From NCBI RefSeq assembly GCF_009914755.1, contig NC_060948.1: 64,000 bases of DNA; one strand, written 5' to 3'. The translations under genes were made by a program, and so were the position numbers. Below are positions 35,653-53,356 of the stretch, piece after piece. A model generated the notes under the pieces. That model made no database searches and was not told the origin of the DNA. It saw nothing but the letters and a program-made list of their open reading frames with translations. Source of the stretch: the human T2T-CHM13v2.0 reference genome, Homo sapiens. Numbering within the stretch: the stretch's first letter is position 1; each line of letters opens with the position of its first letter.

Positions 35653-36474
35653 TGTATCTGGAATTGGTTCCTTCAGTTGTGTTTTTGGTCTTGCTGACTT
35701 CAAGAATGAAGCCGCGGACCCTCATGGTGAGTGTTACAGTTCTTAAAGATGATATGTCTGGAGTTTGTTCCTTCCAGTGTTCAAATATGTCCAGAGTTTC
35801 TTCCTTCCAGTGGGTTCATGGTCTCGCTTGACTTCAGGATTGGAGCTGCAGACCTTCGCAGTGAGTGTTACAGCTCTTAAAGCTAGTGCAGACCCAAAGA
35901 GTGAGCAGCAGCAAGATTTATTGTGAAGAGTGAAAGAACAAAGCTTCCACAGCATGGAATGGGACCCAAGCTGCTGGCTCAGGTGGCCAGCTTTTATTCC
36001 CTTATTTGGCTCTGCCCGCATCCTGCTGCTTGGTCCATTTTACAGAGAGCTGATTGGTCCATTTTACAGAGTGCTGATTCATCCATTTTACAGAGGGTGA
36101 TTGGTTCATTTTACAGAGTGCAGATTGGAGCGTTTACAATCCTTTAACTAGACACCAAGCACTGATTGGTACATTTTTATGGAGTGCTGATTGGTGCATT
36201 TACAAACCTTTAGCCAAACACAGAGCACTGATTGGTGTGTTTTTACAGAGTGCTGATTGGTGCATTTACAAACCTTTAGCTAGACACAGAGCACTGATGA
36301 GTGCATTTTTACAGAGGGCTGATTGGTGCATTTACAATCCTTTAGCTAGACACAGAGTGCTGATTGGTGCGTTTTTACAGAGTGCTGATTCGTGCATTTA
36401 CAATCCTCTAGCTAGACAGAAAAGTTCTCCAAGTCCCCACTCGACCCAGGAAGTCCAGCCGGCTTCACTTCTCA
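35653..36474 (-). mobile_element. LTR12 (LTR12F-like) 5' LTR of HERV9
   Basis: Minus strand begins TGAGAAGTGAAGCCGGCTGGACTTCCTGGGTCGAGTGGGGACTTGGAGAAC and ends ..CAGATACA; tandem U3 repeats with 9 CCAAT boxes. Confidence 0.9.
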
Positions 36475-38272
<1,798 letters not shown>

Positions 38273-38445
38273 GTAAACATATTCATACAATCTTCCATTG
38301 GTTATTTTCAACTTATATTATGCACCAGAAAACCCACGTGTTTGAGGGTATTTATGTGATGATGCTATCCCTGCAGGCAGGGCAAAGAACTGCAGATACA
38401 GAAGTGAGTGAGCATGGGATCCATCAACATGGGCCAAGGAGGAAG

Positions 38446-38648
38446 TGTTACAGGAAAGGGGTTGTGATCCAGACCCCAGGAGAGGGTTCTTGGATGTTGC
38501 ACAGGAAAGATTTCAGGGTGAGTCTGCAGTGCAAAATAAAAGCAAGTTTATTAAGAAAGTAAAGTGGTGAAAGAACAGAGCTACTACATAGACAGAGTAG
38601 GATGTTCTTGACAGAGGAGGAAAGTGTCCACCTTAGGTAAAATGCTTG
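38446..38648 (-). mobile_element. MER41 (C/D-like) LTR, 3' part
   Basis: tgttacaggaaagggg..atccagacccca.gagagggttcttgg is the reverse complement of the MER41 3' end. Confidence 0.8.
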
Positions 38649-39024
38649 TGTTGGGACAACTAAGTTCCTCTTCAAAGACTCCCTGGTTATAAGTTGTAAA
38701 AGGTGTAAATAAACCCTACCCCCTTTTTCTTCCTCCTTCTCCTTTTCTCACAAATCACACATTTACCCTATCTGGACAAAGTTTAGGTCTAAGCCAATGT
38801 GGGATCAGCTTAGATTGTGTGGCCCAACCCCAGCCAACAGGGGAAGGACACAGAAGCAGGAACTGCCTTAGGGTTAAAAATCCCTTCATTCCTTTGTTTG
38901 ATGTGCTCTTGCAATTGCATCAGGCACAGGCAGCACCTTTCTGCAGAAATAAAGTTGCCTTGCTGAGAAAGTTTCTGTCTAAGTTCTGGTTTTTCTTTGT
39001 GGCACTGAGGACTTGTTTCTAACA
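38649..39024 (+). repeat. 5' LTR (376 bp)
   Basis: Direct repeat of 46992-47366; CCAAT, TTAAAA TATA-like box and AATAAA. Confidence 0.92.
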
Positions 39025-39027
39025 ACT

Positions 39028-39045
39028 TAGGGGCTCATCTGGGAT
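39028..39045 (+). promoter_or_regulatory. Primer-binding site, tRNA-Pro
   Basis: TAGGGGCTCATCTGGGAT vs TGGGGGCTCGTCCGGGAT (15/18). Confidence 0.8.
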
Positions 39046-39398
39046 CCCATTCTCTTTCAGGAAGGACTAGTGATTATATTTCATGGGAAGATGCATCCCA
39101 CTGCCTTGTTTTTATGGCCCCGGCGCGATTTTCCTGTCAGTTGATTATACTGAACTGCCAAGGCTAAGAGGGACCTAAAATTCCCACAAGGAAAGCAGCC
39201 AATAAGGTTGAAGCAAATGCTCAGCAGAGAGTAAGAAAACTCCATTGGGAAAAAGGGGCGTTTAGCCTCCAGGATACGAAAGTGCAAGAAATCTTTAATA
39301 CAAGAGATTGAACCCTACCAAAATGGGAGGTTTAGCCTCCAGGAATGGGAGTGCAATAAATCTCTAATACAAGAGATTGAGCCTCACCAACCTCCAGG

Positions 39399-40963
39399 AT
39401 GGGAAATGACAGGTAAGACAGGGACTACAAAAGACCAAGCAGACAATAAAATTCCCCCTGACAGTCCGCTAGGCCTTATGTTAAGATACCGGAAAGATAA
39501 TGAAAGGACCAAACACAAGAAAAGACAGCAAATGATAAAATATTGCTGTTTTATTTGGACTAAGGAACCCATCCTGAAACCTTTGGTCTTTTGGCCACAG
39601 TTAGGGTTGAGCGGGGACTGGATATGCCAACTCCTAATCCAGTATGTAAATGATAAAAGTCCAGTTTCTCAAGAGGAGATAGATTATGGAGACAGGGACT
39701 TGTCCTTCTCTACCCCCTAAAGAATGAAAAAGCAAAGCTGAACTCAAAGCCCCCAAAAGTCAACCTAGCTAAGTTGTATTCTACATCTAAAGATGCATGG
39801 GATCCTTTAGACCACCTTTCCCCACCTAACCCTCTGCCTCAAGCTGAACACTCAGTCCCTTCTCCATATAATCCTGCCCCAAGGACCTTAACACTACACA
39901 CCCCTTCTGGATTGCCACTCAAACATCCCCCTCCTTAGAAAAGCTCCAACAGGAAATGGAACAATCCCAAAGGGATCTTCAACACTTTTCTTTCCCCTCT
40001 TCCTCAAAGAAGTCTGTTCCAACCCTTTTTCTCTTAAACGAAGTACCACTAGGAGGGGGTGATATTGGCTTCATAAATACCCCCTTAACAAGCTCAGAGA
40101 TTAGGAATCTAAAAAGGAACTCAGATCACTGGTAGATGATCTTTTGGAGTTGAAAGTCAAATTGACCAATTTCTAGGGCCACAATTGTACACTTGAGCTG
40201 AATTAATGTCTATCCTAGATATTCTCAGGAAAGGAAAGAACCATGTTCCACAAGGCCACTATGACAATCTGGGAGCATGAACACCCTCCTGGTCAAAATA
40301 TCCTTGCAGGAGAGCATAAATTCCTGGCCCAGGACCCTCAGCGGGATAACAACATGCAGCCCACCGAGAGAACTTGAGCGATCTCAGAGATATGAGAATT
40401 AAAAGGATTAGGGAATCAGTTCCTCAAACTCAAAATATCTCCCAAGCATTTAATGTACAACAAGGGAAAGATGAAGGGCCTTTGGAATTCTTAAACAGAC
40501 TTAAGAAACAGATGAGAAAATATGCATGTTTAGACACAGAGGACCCACTGGGACAAGTGATGCTAAAGCTCCACTTTGTCATCAATAGTTGGCTGGACAT
40601 CACAAAGAAATTACAAATGATAGAAAACCAAAAAGACCATCCCATAGAGGAATTTTTAAGAGAGGCCCAACAGGTATACGTACAGAGGGATGAGGAAAGG
40701 CAGAAGCAAAAGGCAGAAATTATGCTGTCCACCCTACAAAAGGGAACTCTTCAACAGGGAGACCAGGGAAGTATAACTTGTAAACCTAAGTACCCGGCTA
40801 GCACACCCTACCCAGGAGGCAAAAGGATAAAATCTGAAAATCAGGAAATAGGGAAGGGAAAACAAATGTTTCAGGTGTGGAAAGCCAGGTCATTTAAAAA
40901 AGGAATATCCTGAATGGGAGAGAGAAAAGAAAGTCCTTCCATTCATGACATTTGAAGAATAGT
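39399..40963 (+). pseudogene. ERV gag remnant
   Basis: ATG GGA AAT (MGN) at 39399; IPPDSPLGLML..MIKYCCFIW; MHR QGKDEGPLEFLNRL; degenerate CFRCGKPGH knuckle. Confidence 0.85.
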
Positions 40964-40989
40964 AGGGGGTCAGGCACTCTACAGCTTTC

Positions 40990-45105
<4,116 letters not shown>

Positions 45106-45109
45106 TCTG

Positions 45110-47006
45110 TCTCTTACTTCTCCCTCTAGTTGCCCAAGGACATTTCATTATCAATATAACCTGATCACCCTTTCCCCAAACAGTTTTCTTCATGCCTATC
45201 TTGTCATACCCTATGGAGATCTCCAAAGCCAAAGACAGCTAGCCCCTTCAGAAAAAATATATTTGCCCCAACCCTTGTAGTAAACAGTTCTCTGGGGCCA
45301 ATTACTGTCCTGTACTTCTTGGGAAAATGTTCTCTGGACTACTGAGTATCAGGACTGGACCTCCACACAAGGTTTCTGCACCACTTTAAAGCCCTACGTC
45401 CTCTTTACCAAAGGAACTACCCCCTCTAATTGCCAACTCCGACAATGTAACCCAGTGCAAATCTCTATTAATGTCCCCACAATTCTAGTCATACTTTAAG
45501 ATGCTTCTATGGCATGGGAAGCAATGTTGCTGGGTGGGATCCTATAGGCTACTTTGAAATGCAATTCATTCACCCTCCTCTACTTCTTACTGCCTCCTAC
45601 TCCCCAAGCCCACCAAATCAAACCATTTCTCTCTCCATGCCCAGTGATAAAACCAAAGTGTTGTAGTAGAAGTCAAAAACTTAAACTCTAGCCATTGAAA
45701 CCAGGTACCAAGATCCAAAGGCCTGGCTGGAATAGATTAAATATTCTGTTTACACCCTAAATAAAAGCAATTGTTACCCTTGTGCAATGGGCAGGCTAGA
45801 AACCCAAATTTTTCCTTTTCCACTCGGATAAGCTAACCAGCCAGCTATGGTCAATATGGTGGCTCTCTTTCAGCACCCCACAGCCTAGGGAAACAAGGCA
45901 TGCCCTAACCTTTCACTACTGTTTCCACAAATCAAGAGTCCTGTGGGTCAGCCCACAAGGTCCATTCAGTTTCTAGGTCCCAATGCCAATTTTACCTCAT
46001 GTCTGTCAGGAAAAGTTGAAAATTTGACATCCCTTGGAAATCTAATGGGGTGTAGTGATTCCAAGCCTTTCAAGAGCTCACTAATCAGTTGGCCCTTGTC
46101 CACCCCAGAGGAGATGTGTGGTGGTATTGTGGAGGACCTTTACTGGTACATTGCCAAGCAATTGGAGCAGCACTTGTGCTCTAATCCAATTGGCTATCCC
46201 TTTCACACTGGCATTTCATCCACAAGAGAATAGAGAACTAACCTGGAAAAAGAGAGAGACCTCTCACCGGTCATTTGACCCCCATATTTACATAGATGCC
46301 ATCAGGGTCCCATGAGGGGTACTAAATGAATTTAAACCTCAAAATCAAATAGCCGCTGGGTTAAAATCTGTTTTGTTCTGGTGGCCAACTATGAATAAAA
46401 ATGTAGACTGGAAAAACTATACACTATAATCAACAGCAATTCATCAATTATACCAGAGATGCCATCAAGGGAATCGCTGAACAGTTAGGCCCCACACATG
46501 AAATGGCCTGGGAAAATCAGATAGCCCTTGAAATGATGTTGGCAGAAAACAGTGGGGTCTGTGTCATAATTGGAGTCCAATGTTGTACTTTTATCCCAAA
46601 TAATTTTACAGCCTCCAATGGAACAATCACAAAAGCCTTACAAGACCTTACCACCCTAGCAAATGAATTAGCCAAAAACTCTGGAATAGATGACCCCTTT
46701 AAGGGCCTCATGGAAAGGTGGTTTGGAAAATGGAAGGGATTCATGACCTCAATATTTACCTCCTTGGCAATTGTTACAGATGTACTTATCCTTGTGGGCT
46801 GCTGTATCATACCTTGTATTCACGGGTTAACCCAAAGACTCATAGAACCAGCTCTAACAAAAACTCCCCCTACTGCTTCCCCTTGCTACTCAGATATGCT
46901 CTTGTTCCTAGATGATCAAGAAGAGCAACAAAGCCAGATCTTGTTAAAGAAATTTGCAGAGAAAGAACTACAAAACAGAAAAGTGGGAAATTGTTGGGAC
47001 AACTAA
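45110..47006 (+). pseudogene. ERV env remnant; SU broken, TM C-terminal 167-aa frame open (46503-47006)
   Basis: Degenerate furin site (WKKR); ISD-like WENQIALEMMLAENSGVC; CX6CC; hydrophobic TM segment. Confidence 0.85.
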
Positions 47007-47366
47007 GTTCCTCTTCAAAGACTCAACTTCCTGGGAATAAGTTATACAAGTTGTAAATCAACCCTACTGTCTTCTCCCTTCTTCTCTTTTTCTCACAAAT
47101 TGCACATTTACCCTATTTAGAAAAAATTTAGGTCTAAGCCAACCGGGATCAACTTTGATTGTGAGGTCCAACCCCAGCCAATAGGGGAAGGACACAGAAG
47201 CAGGGACTGCATTAGGGTTAAAAGCCCCTTCCTTTGTTCGATTTGCTCTTGCAATTGCATCAGGCACAGGCAGCACTGTTCTGCAGAAATAAAGTTGCCT
47301 TGCTGAGAAATTTTCTGTCTAATTGCTGGGGTTTTTCTTTGTAGCACTGAGCACTTGTTTCTAACA
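46992..47366 (+). repeat. 3' LTR (375 bp)
   Basis: Direct repeat of 38649-39024 after the PPT. Confidence 0.92.
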
Positions 47367-47370
47367 CTTG

Positions 47371-47701
47371 TGTATACATAAGATAAAAATAGCTCTTGGG
47401 GAGATGTGCTCTGCTACATGGGTTTGTGATAAAGCATTAATTTTCCTAATTACTATATGTTGCAAGAGTTGATATTATTATATTTAAAGCAAAATTAGGA
47501 ATGCCCTTGTTCTCCAGACAACAGGATGCCTCGACACTCCCAAGTCTGAGTCTGTTTCAGTAAACATCATAAGTTTGTTTTCTTAATCATAAATATCTAG
47601 AGTCTAGGAATGCCTAATTTTCTGGGACTGCAGCAAGACTCAACCTCATTTTTATAGTCCCCACTCAAAATGGAGTTGCTCTTGTTCAAATGCCTCTGAC
47701 A
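47371..47701 (-). mobile_element. MER41 (C/D-like) LTR, 5' part
   Basis: Ends aatggagttgctcttgttcaaatgcctctgaca, the reverse complement of the MER41 start. Confidence 0.82.
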
Positions 47702-47753
47702 GAAGGAGGCAGGAGATAAGAGGAGTATTGAAGGACAAAGAGATGGTGTCAGG

Positions 47754-48937
<1,184 letters not shown>

Positions 48938-49437
48938 ATGTGGGGCAGGAGAGAAAGAGTCGTGTGTTTATTAGAGATGTGGTTCATGCACTAGAGAGAT
49001 GGAGGGGAGGAAGCAGTGAGTCCCACAGAGGAGAGGCTGTGGGTTGCAGGTGTAGTAGGGTTGACTCTGCCCTAACTTAGTGCACTCTGCAGTGGCTCCT
49101 TTTCTTTCTGTTCTCTTTCTGATCTTAGATGATGTCATTGTGGCTGAGCCTGTGCCTAAACTATATACTGCCAAAGTCTCTATTGCTGGAAGAAGATAAT
49201 AATTGTATCTCTACCTTTAAAAAAAAAATTTAGTGTAAGAGAGAGAGCATGCCATAATGAATTGAATGAATTTGAAAAACTAAGCGGTTATATTACATTT
49301 CTATTTTAGGAGTTAAATCCATCCATGCATGTAAGGTGTCCAATGGTTTGATAGGGAAAGGTGGAACAAATCGAAGTAGGGGCTTCGAGGTCATAGGTAG
49401 TTATATAATGCCTATATTATTTATTTTTAAAAATTGT

Positions 49438-49790
49438 TTCCTTCCTCCATTTTTCCTTCTTCCTTCATCTCTCATTCCCTTCCTCCTTTCACCATTCTTT
49501 CCTTTCTTCAATTGTTCTTTTCTATCTTTTCTTTCCTTTTGTTTCTCTCAGTTCCTTTCTCTTTTTTTATTATTTTTCTTTCTTCCTGGTTTTTCTTTCT
49601 TTTTCTTTCCCTTCCTGTTTCTTTTTTCCTCTCTCTCTTCATTCCTTCCTTCCTTTGTCTTTCTTTTTTGTTTCTTTTTTCTTTCTTTCTCCTTCTCTCC
49701 CTTCTTCCTTCCCTCTCTTCCTTTCCTCCCTCCTTGCAATCTCTCCTACTCTGTCCCCCATTCTCCCTTTCTCACTTTCTTTCTTTTTGC
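49438..49790. repeat. Polypyrimidine (CT-rich) low-complexity tract
   Basis: ~350 nt almost entirely C/T. Confidence 0.9.
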
Positions 49791-50324
49791 ACAATTCTAC
49801 AATACAAAATAGTACAAAAGGCTGTTGTCTGTGTGAGAGTACATCTGCTGTTGTCTAGCCAAGAAACTCAACACTAACAGGGCCATCTGGGAATGAAAAG
49901 AAAGAAAACTGGGACAGCTCTTGTGTGCACTTTGGGGATGGAAGAGTGAAATGACTTCAGTAAAAATTGTTGAGTGTTTGATTGCAGGAAACAGAAGATG
50001 TCACATTGGAGAAAAGAGGGGATCTCTGGACATTCATGGGAACACCCGATTTTTATGGACATTATTTGAGGATTGAGGGGAACTTGTAGGAAGAAATAAT
50101 GGAGAAACTAAAGTCTCTAGACTTCCTCTTCCTGGTTTGGAAGGGCAGGTGCTACAACTAACAAGCATCACCTAATAGAGCAGATGGGACAGGGCTGAGA
50201 TGCAAAGAGGGCTTTGAAAAAAAAAGACAAGAGCCAAGCTTGGAAGAAAAAAGATAGAATTGATGGCAGCAATCAGTAATCAATAAGCTTCCCAGGAGGT
50301 CCTGCTTGCACATGACTCAGGCTT

Positions 50325-50610
50325 TGCTTGTTTACTTTTATTTTTTGAGAGAAGGTATTGCTCTGTTGCCCAGGCTGGAATGCAGTGGTGTGATCTCGGC
50401 CTCACTGAGACCTCCTCCTTCCTGACTCAATCAGTTCTCCTGCCTCAACCTCCAGAGTAGGTGCTACTACAGATGTGCACTACTGTGTTTTAGTAGAGAC
50501 AGATTTTCACCATGTTGCCTAGGCTGGCCTCAAACTCCTGACCTCAAGTGATCCACCTGCCTCAGCCTCCAAAACTGCTGAGATTACAGGTGTGAGCCAC
50601 TGCACCCAGC
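50325..50610 (-). mobile_element. AluS/J
   Basis: Alu antisense consensus with internal deletion. Confidence 0.85.
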
Positions 50611-51002
50611 ATCCTTTGCATTCTTATACTGAATCTTCCTCATTCCGTGTTCTTTCTCATTCTCCTGCTTTGCTCCTGGGGAGCACATCCTCCGAAAACT
50701 TACCTACACTGAAGCTTTTGTCTCATGCTTTTTTTGTGTGAGAACCCAAGCAAAAATGAAAAAGAGAATTCCCTTGCAAATTACTATACGGTAAGATACA
50801 CTACCATTGAAAATATTTTTTAACTAAGCTTAACAATGCGAAACTAATTCTAAAAGATCTTTTTAAAAATACTCCTAAACAGAAGTAAGTCAATTGTAGA
50901 GGAAAAATAAAATTCAAGGAAAGGGATTTGTATAACGAATGTTACAGTATAGTGAAACATCAGAGTAGCCAGAGAATTTACGCTCCTGGTGGTGAATGTG
51001 GC

Positions 51003-51380
51003 TGATATGGTTTGGCTGTCCCCACCCAGATCTCATCTTGAATTTTGGTTCCTATAATTCCCATGTGTCGTAAGAGGGACGCAGTGGGAGGTAATTGAAT
51101 CATGGGGGCAGTTTCCCCCATGCTGTTCTTGTGATAGTGAGTGAGTGAGTTATTACGAGATCTTATGGTTTTATAAGGGGCTTTCTCCCCTTTTGCTCAG
51201 CACCTCTCTCTCCTAACACCATGTTAAGAATGACGTGTTTGCTTCCCCTTCCTCCATGATTGTAAGTTTCCTGAGGCCTCCCCAACCCTGTGGAACTGTG
51301 AGTCAATTAAACCTTTTTCCTTTATAAATTACCCAGTCTTGGGTATGTTTTTATTAGCAGCTTGAAAACAGACTAGTATA
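51003..51380 (+). mobile_element. THE1 (C/D-like) MaLR solo LTR
   Basis: tgatatggtttggctgt..gtaagtttcctgaggcctcccca..gagtcaattaaacct. Confidence 0.88.
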
Positions 51381-51389
51381 TACTAAACA

Positions 51390-52340
51390 TAAAAATAGAA
51401 CAGAATGGAATGCCCCAAGTTACTGCCTTCTCTATATGAGAAAAAGGGCATTACACATTAATAGTGAATAGCATTGTGGAAACTAATTCATTATATGAAG
51501 GAAAAGAAAGCTGAGTCTTTGTCTAATCATTCCTTAGAAGGATGATCTCTAGATGGATTCAGGACTAAAGTATTAAAGATCAAGTCATAAAATTTGTAAA
51601 AGAAAATGAAGAGGAATGCCTCTCCAGCCTTAGAAGTGGGCAAAGATTTTAAAGCAAGTTTCTAACAGCACAAATTCTTAGGTATAACATCGAGTAATTT
51701 GAAGATGTCAAAATTAAAATGTTCTATCCTGGGAAGGGTATCACGGACAAAGTTTAACAGTTGAGAGGATGACAGCAGTTCTTTGTGAAATCCAAATTTA
51801 AAAAAAAACTGAAATTATCTAGACTATAGATGGGGCTTCTTCAAAGTAATGGGAAAAAAGATGGGAAACCCTATAGAAACAAACAAAAAAAGGCAATAGG
51901 TCTGAATAGTCAATGCAAAGAAGAGTAAGCCCTATCAACAGCTAAGATCAGAGAATTGCAAATTAAAGGAACAAATGAGAGACATTTTTATACCTATAAA
52001 TATTGCAAACTCTGTAAAACTGGAATATACCTAGTGTTCTCAAGAGTATGAGAGGATGGGAATTTTTCTGCTCACCTGATAAGGATGAATATTGGGATGG
52101 CTATCTGAAGAGCATTCTTGCCAGGCCTTAGCTTTCTGTGAAATAAGTGGACATCTCATGACCCAGCAATATAACTTCTTGGCATAAATCCTAGAGAAAT
52201 TATAAGGTGCACCTTATAATTTCATGCATCTAGAGATGGATGAAGGGACACCTTCCAGATATTCCATGTGGCATAGAATATGAAGGTCATCTCAGGCACT
52301 CATCACTCTACAAGCTCATAAAATGTGGTAGATGCTTACC
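51390..52340 (+). mobile_element. Ancient L1ME-type ORF2/3' fragment
   Basis: Highly diverged L1 ORF2-like A-rich sequence (atgacccagcaat..cctagagaa). Confidence 0.55.
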
Positions 52341-53098
52341 ATGCACCAATAAGCAGCACAATTGTTGCATATTCAGCAACATCATTGAGTCTTTTTTTGT
52401 TTAAATTTAATATATGTATATGTTTGCATGAGTATTATAATTTAAAATATTTGTACATATTTGTGGTTACAAGAAGGTTTAAAAGCTGCTGGTTCAGAAG
52501 TCTTCCTCTTTCACCTTCCTTTTTTCACCTAATTAACACTCTTTCCCATCTTTTAAATGTCAGCTCAAATGTTACTTGCTAATGAAAGCCTTCTTCATCA
52601 TACTCAGGTAGATTTTGTTCTATTGTCAATTGCTTTCTGGATTTATTTTCCTTTACTTTCAAACCTTCACCTCAGGTTGTAATTGGAATTTCATAGTGAT
52701 ATTGTTTGATTGCTGTTTGTTTCCCACAGCTGCCTGTGGGCTCCATGAAAATAGACTCTTTATAGCTATGTTCATCCTTGTATCCCCAGTGCCTAACACA
52801 ATGCTTGAAGCATAATAGACACTTAATAAATATGTGTTAAATGAATTTGTCTTCTCATTGAATCTTCTCATATGATCTCGTTTTAGTGATATCAGCAATA
52901 TTAAAACACTCCATGGGATATGATGAGCAGACAGAGGGCATCTTATTTCACTAGATGTGCAAGCTCTTCTATGAATTAACTCTTTAAACCACAAAAGCAC
53001 ATTCCTAGTTTTCAGAAAACTGGGACAATGATTGAATACAGATGGAATAAAAGGACTTCCCCTATTGAGACTCATAGCAGGTAAAAGTGAAATCTGAC

Positions 53099-53100
53099 AT

Positions 53101-53139
<39 letters not shown>

Positions 53140-53355
53140 TTTTGAGACAGAGTATTTCTCTGTCCTACAGGCTGCCATGCAGTGGTGCAATCTCGGCTCA
53201 CTGCAACCACAGCCTCCCAGGTTCAAGCGATTCTCATGCCTCAGCCTCCTGAGTAGCTGGGATTACAGTCATGTGCCACCAGGCCTGGCTAATTATTTTG
53301 TTCTTTTAGTAGAGATGGGATTTCACTATGTTGGCCAGGTTGGCCTCTAACTCCT
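53099..53355 (-). mobile_element. AluS with (ATTT)n tail, 5' end missing
   Basis: Alu antisense stops at ctctaactcct, directly abutting L1. Confidence 0.85.
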
Positions 53356-53356
53356 A

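Noticed and set aside
36030-36420. Regularly spaced repeats resembling a CRISPR-like array
   Set aside because: These are LTR12 U3 tandem repeats; no unique spacers; eukaryotic context.
47371-47701. MER41 as an interferon-gamma (STAT1) enhancer
   Set aside because: No intact TTCNNNGAA seen (ttctgggac), the subfamily does not look like MER41B, and the LTR is split by a provirus.
49336-49877. Phe/Leu/Ser-rich 147-158 aa ORFs as membrane proteins
   Set aside because: Artefact of the CT-rich tract, which cannot contain stop codons.
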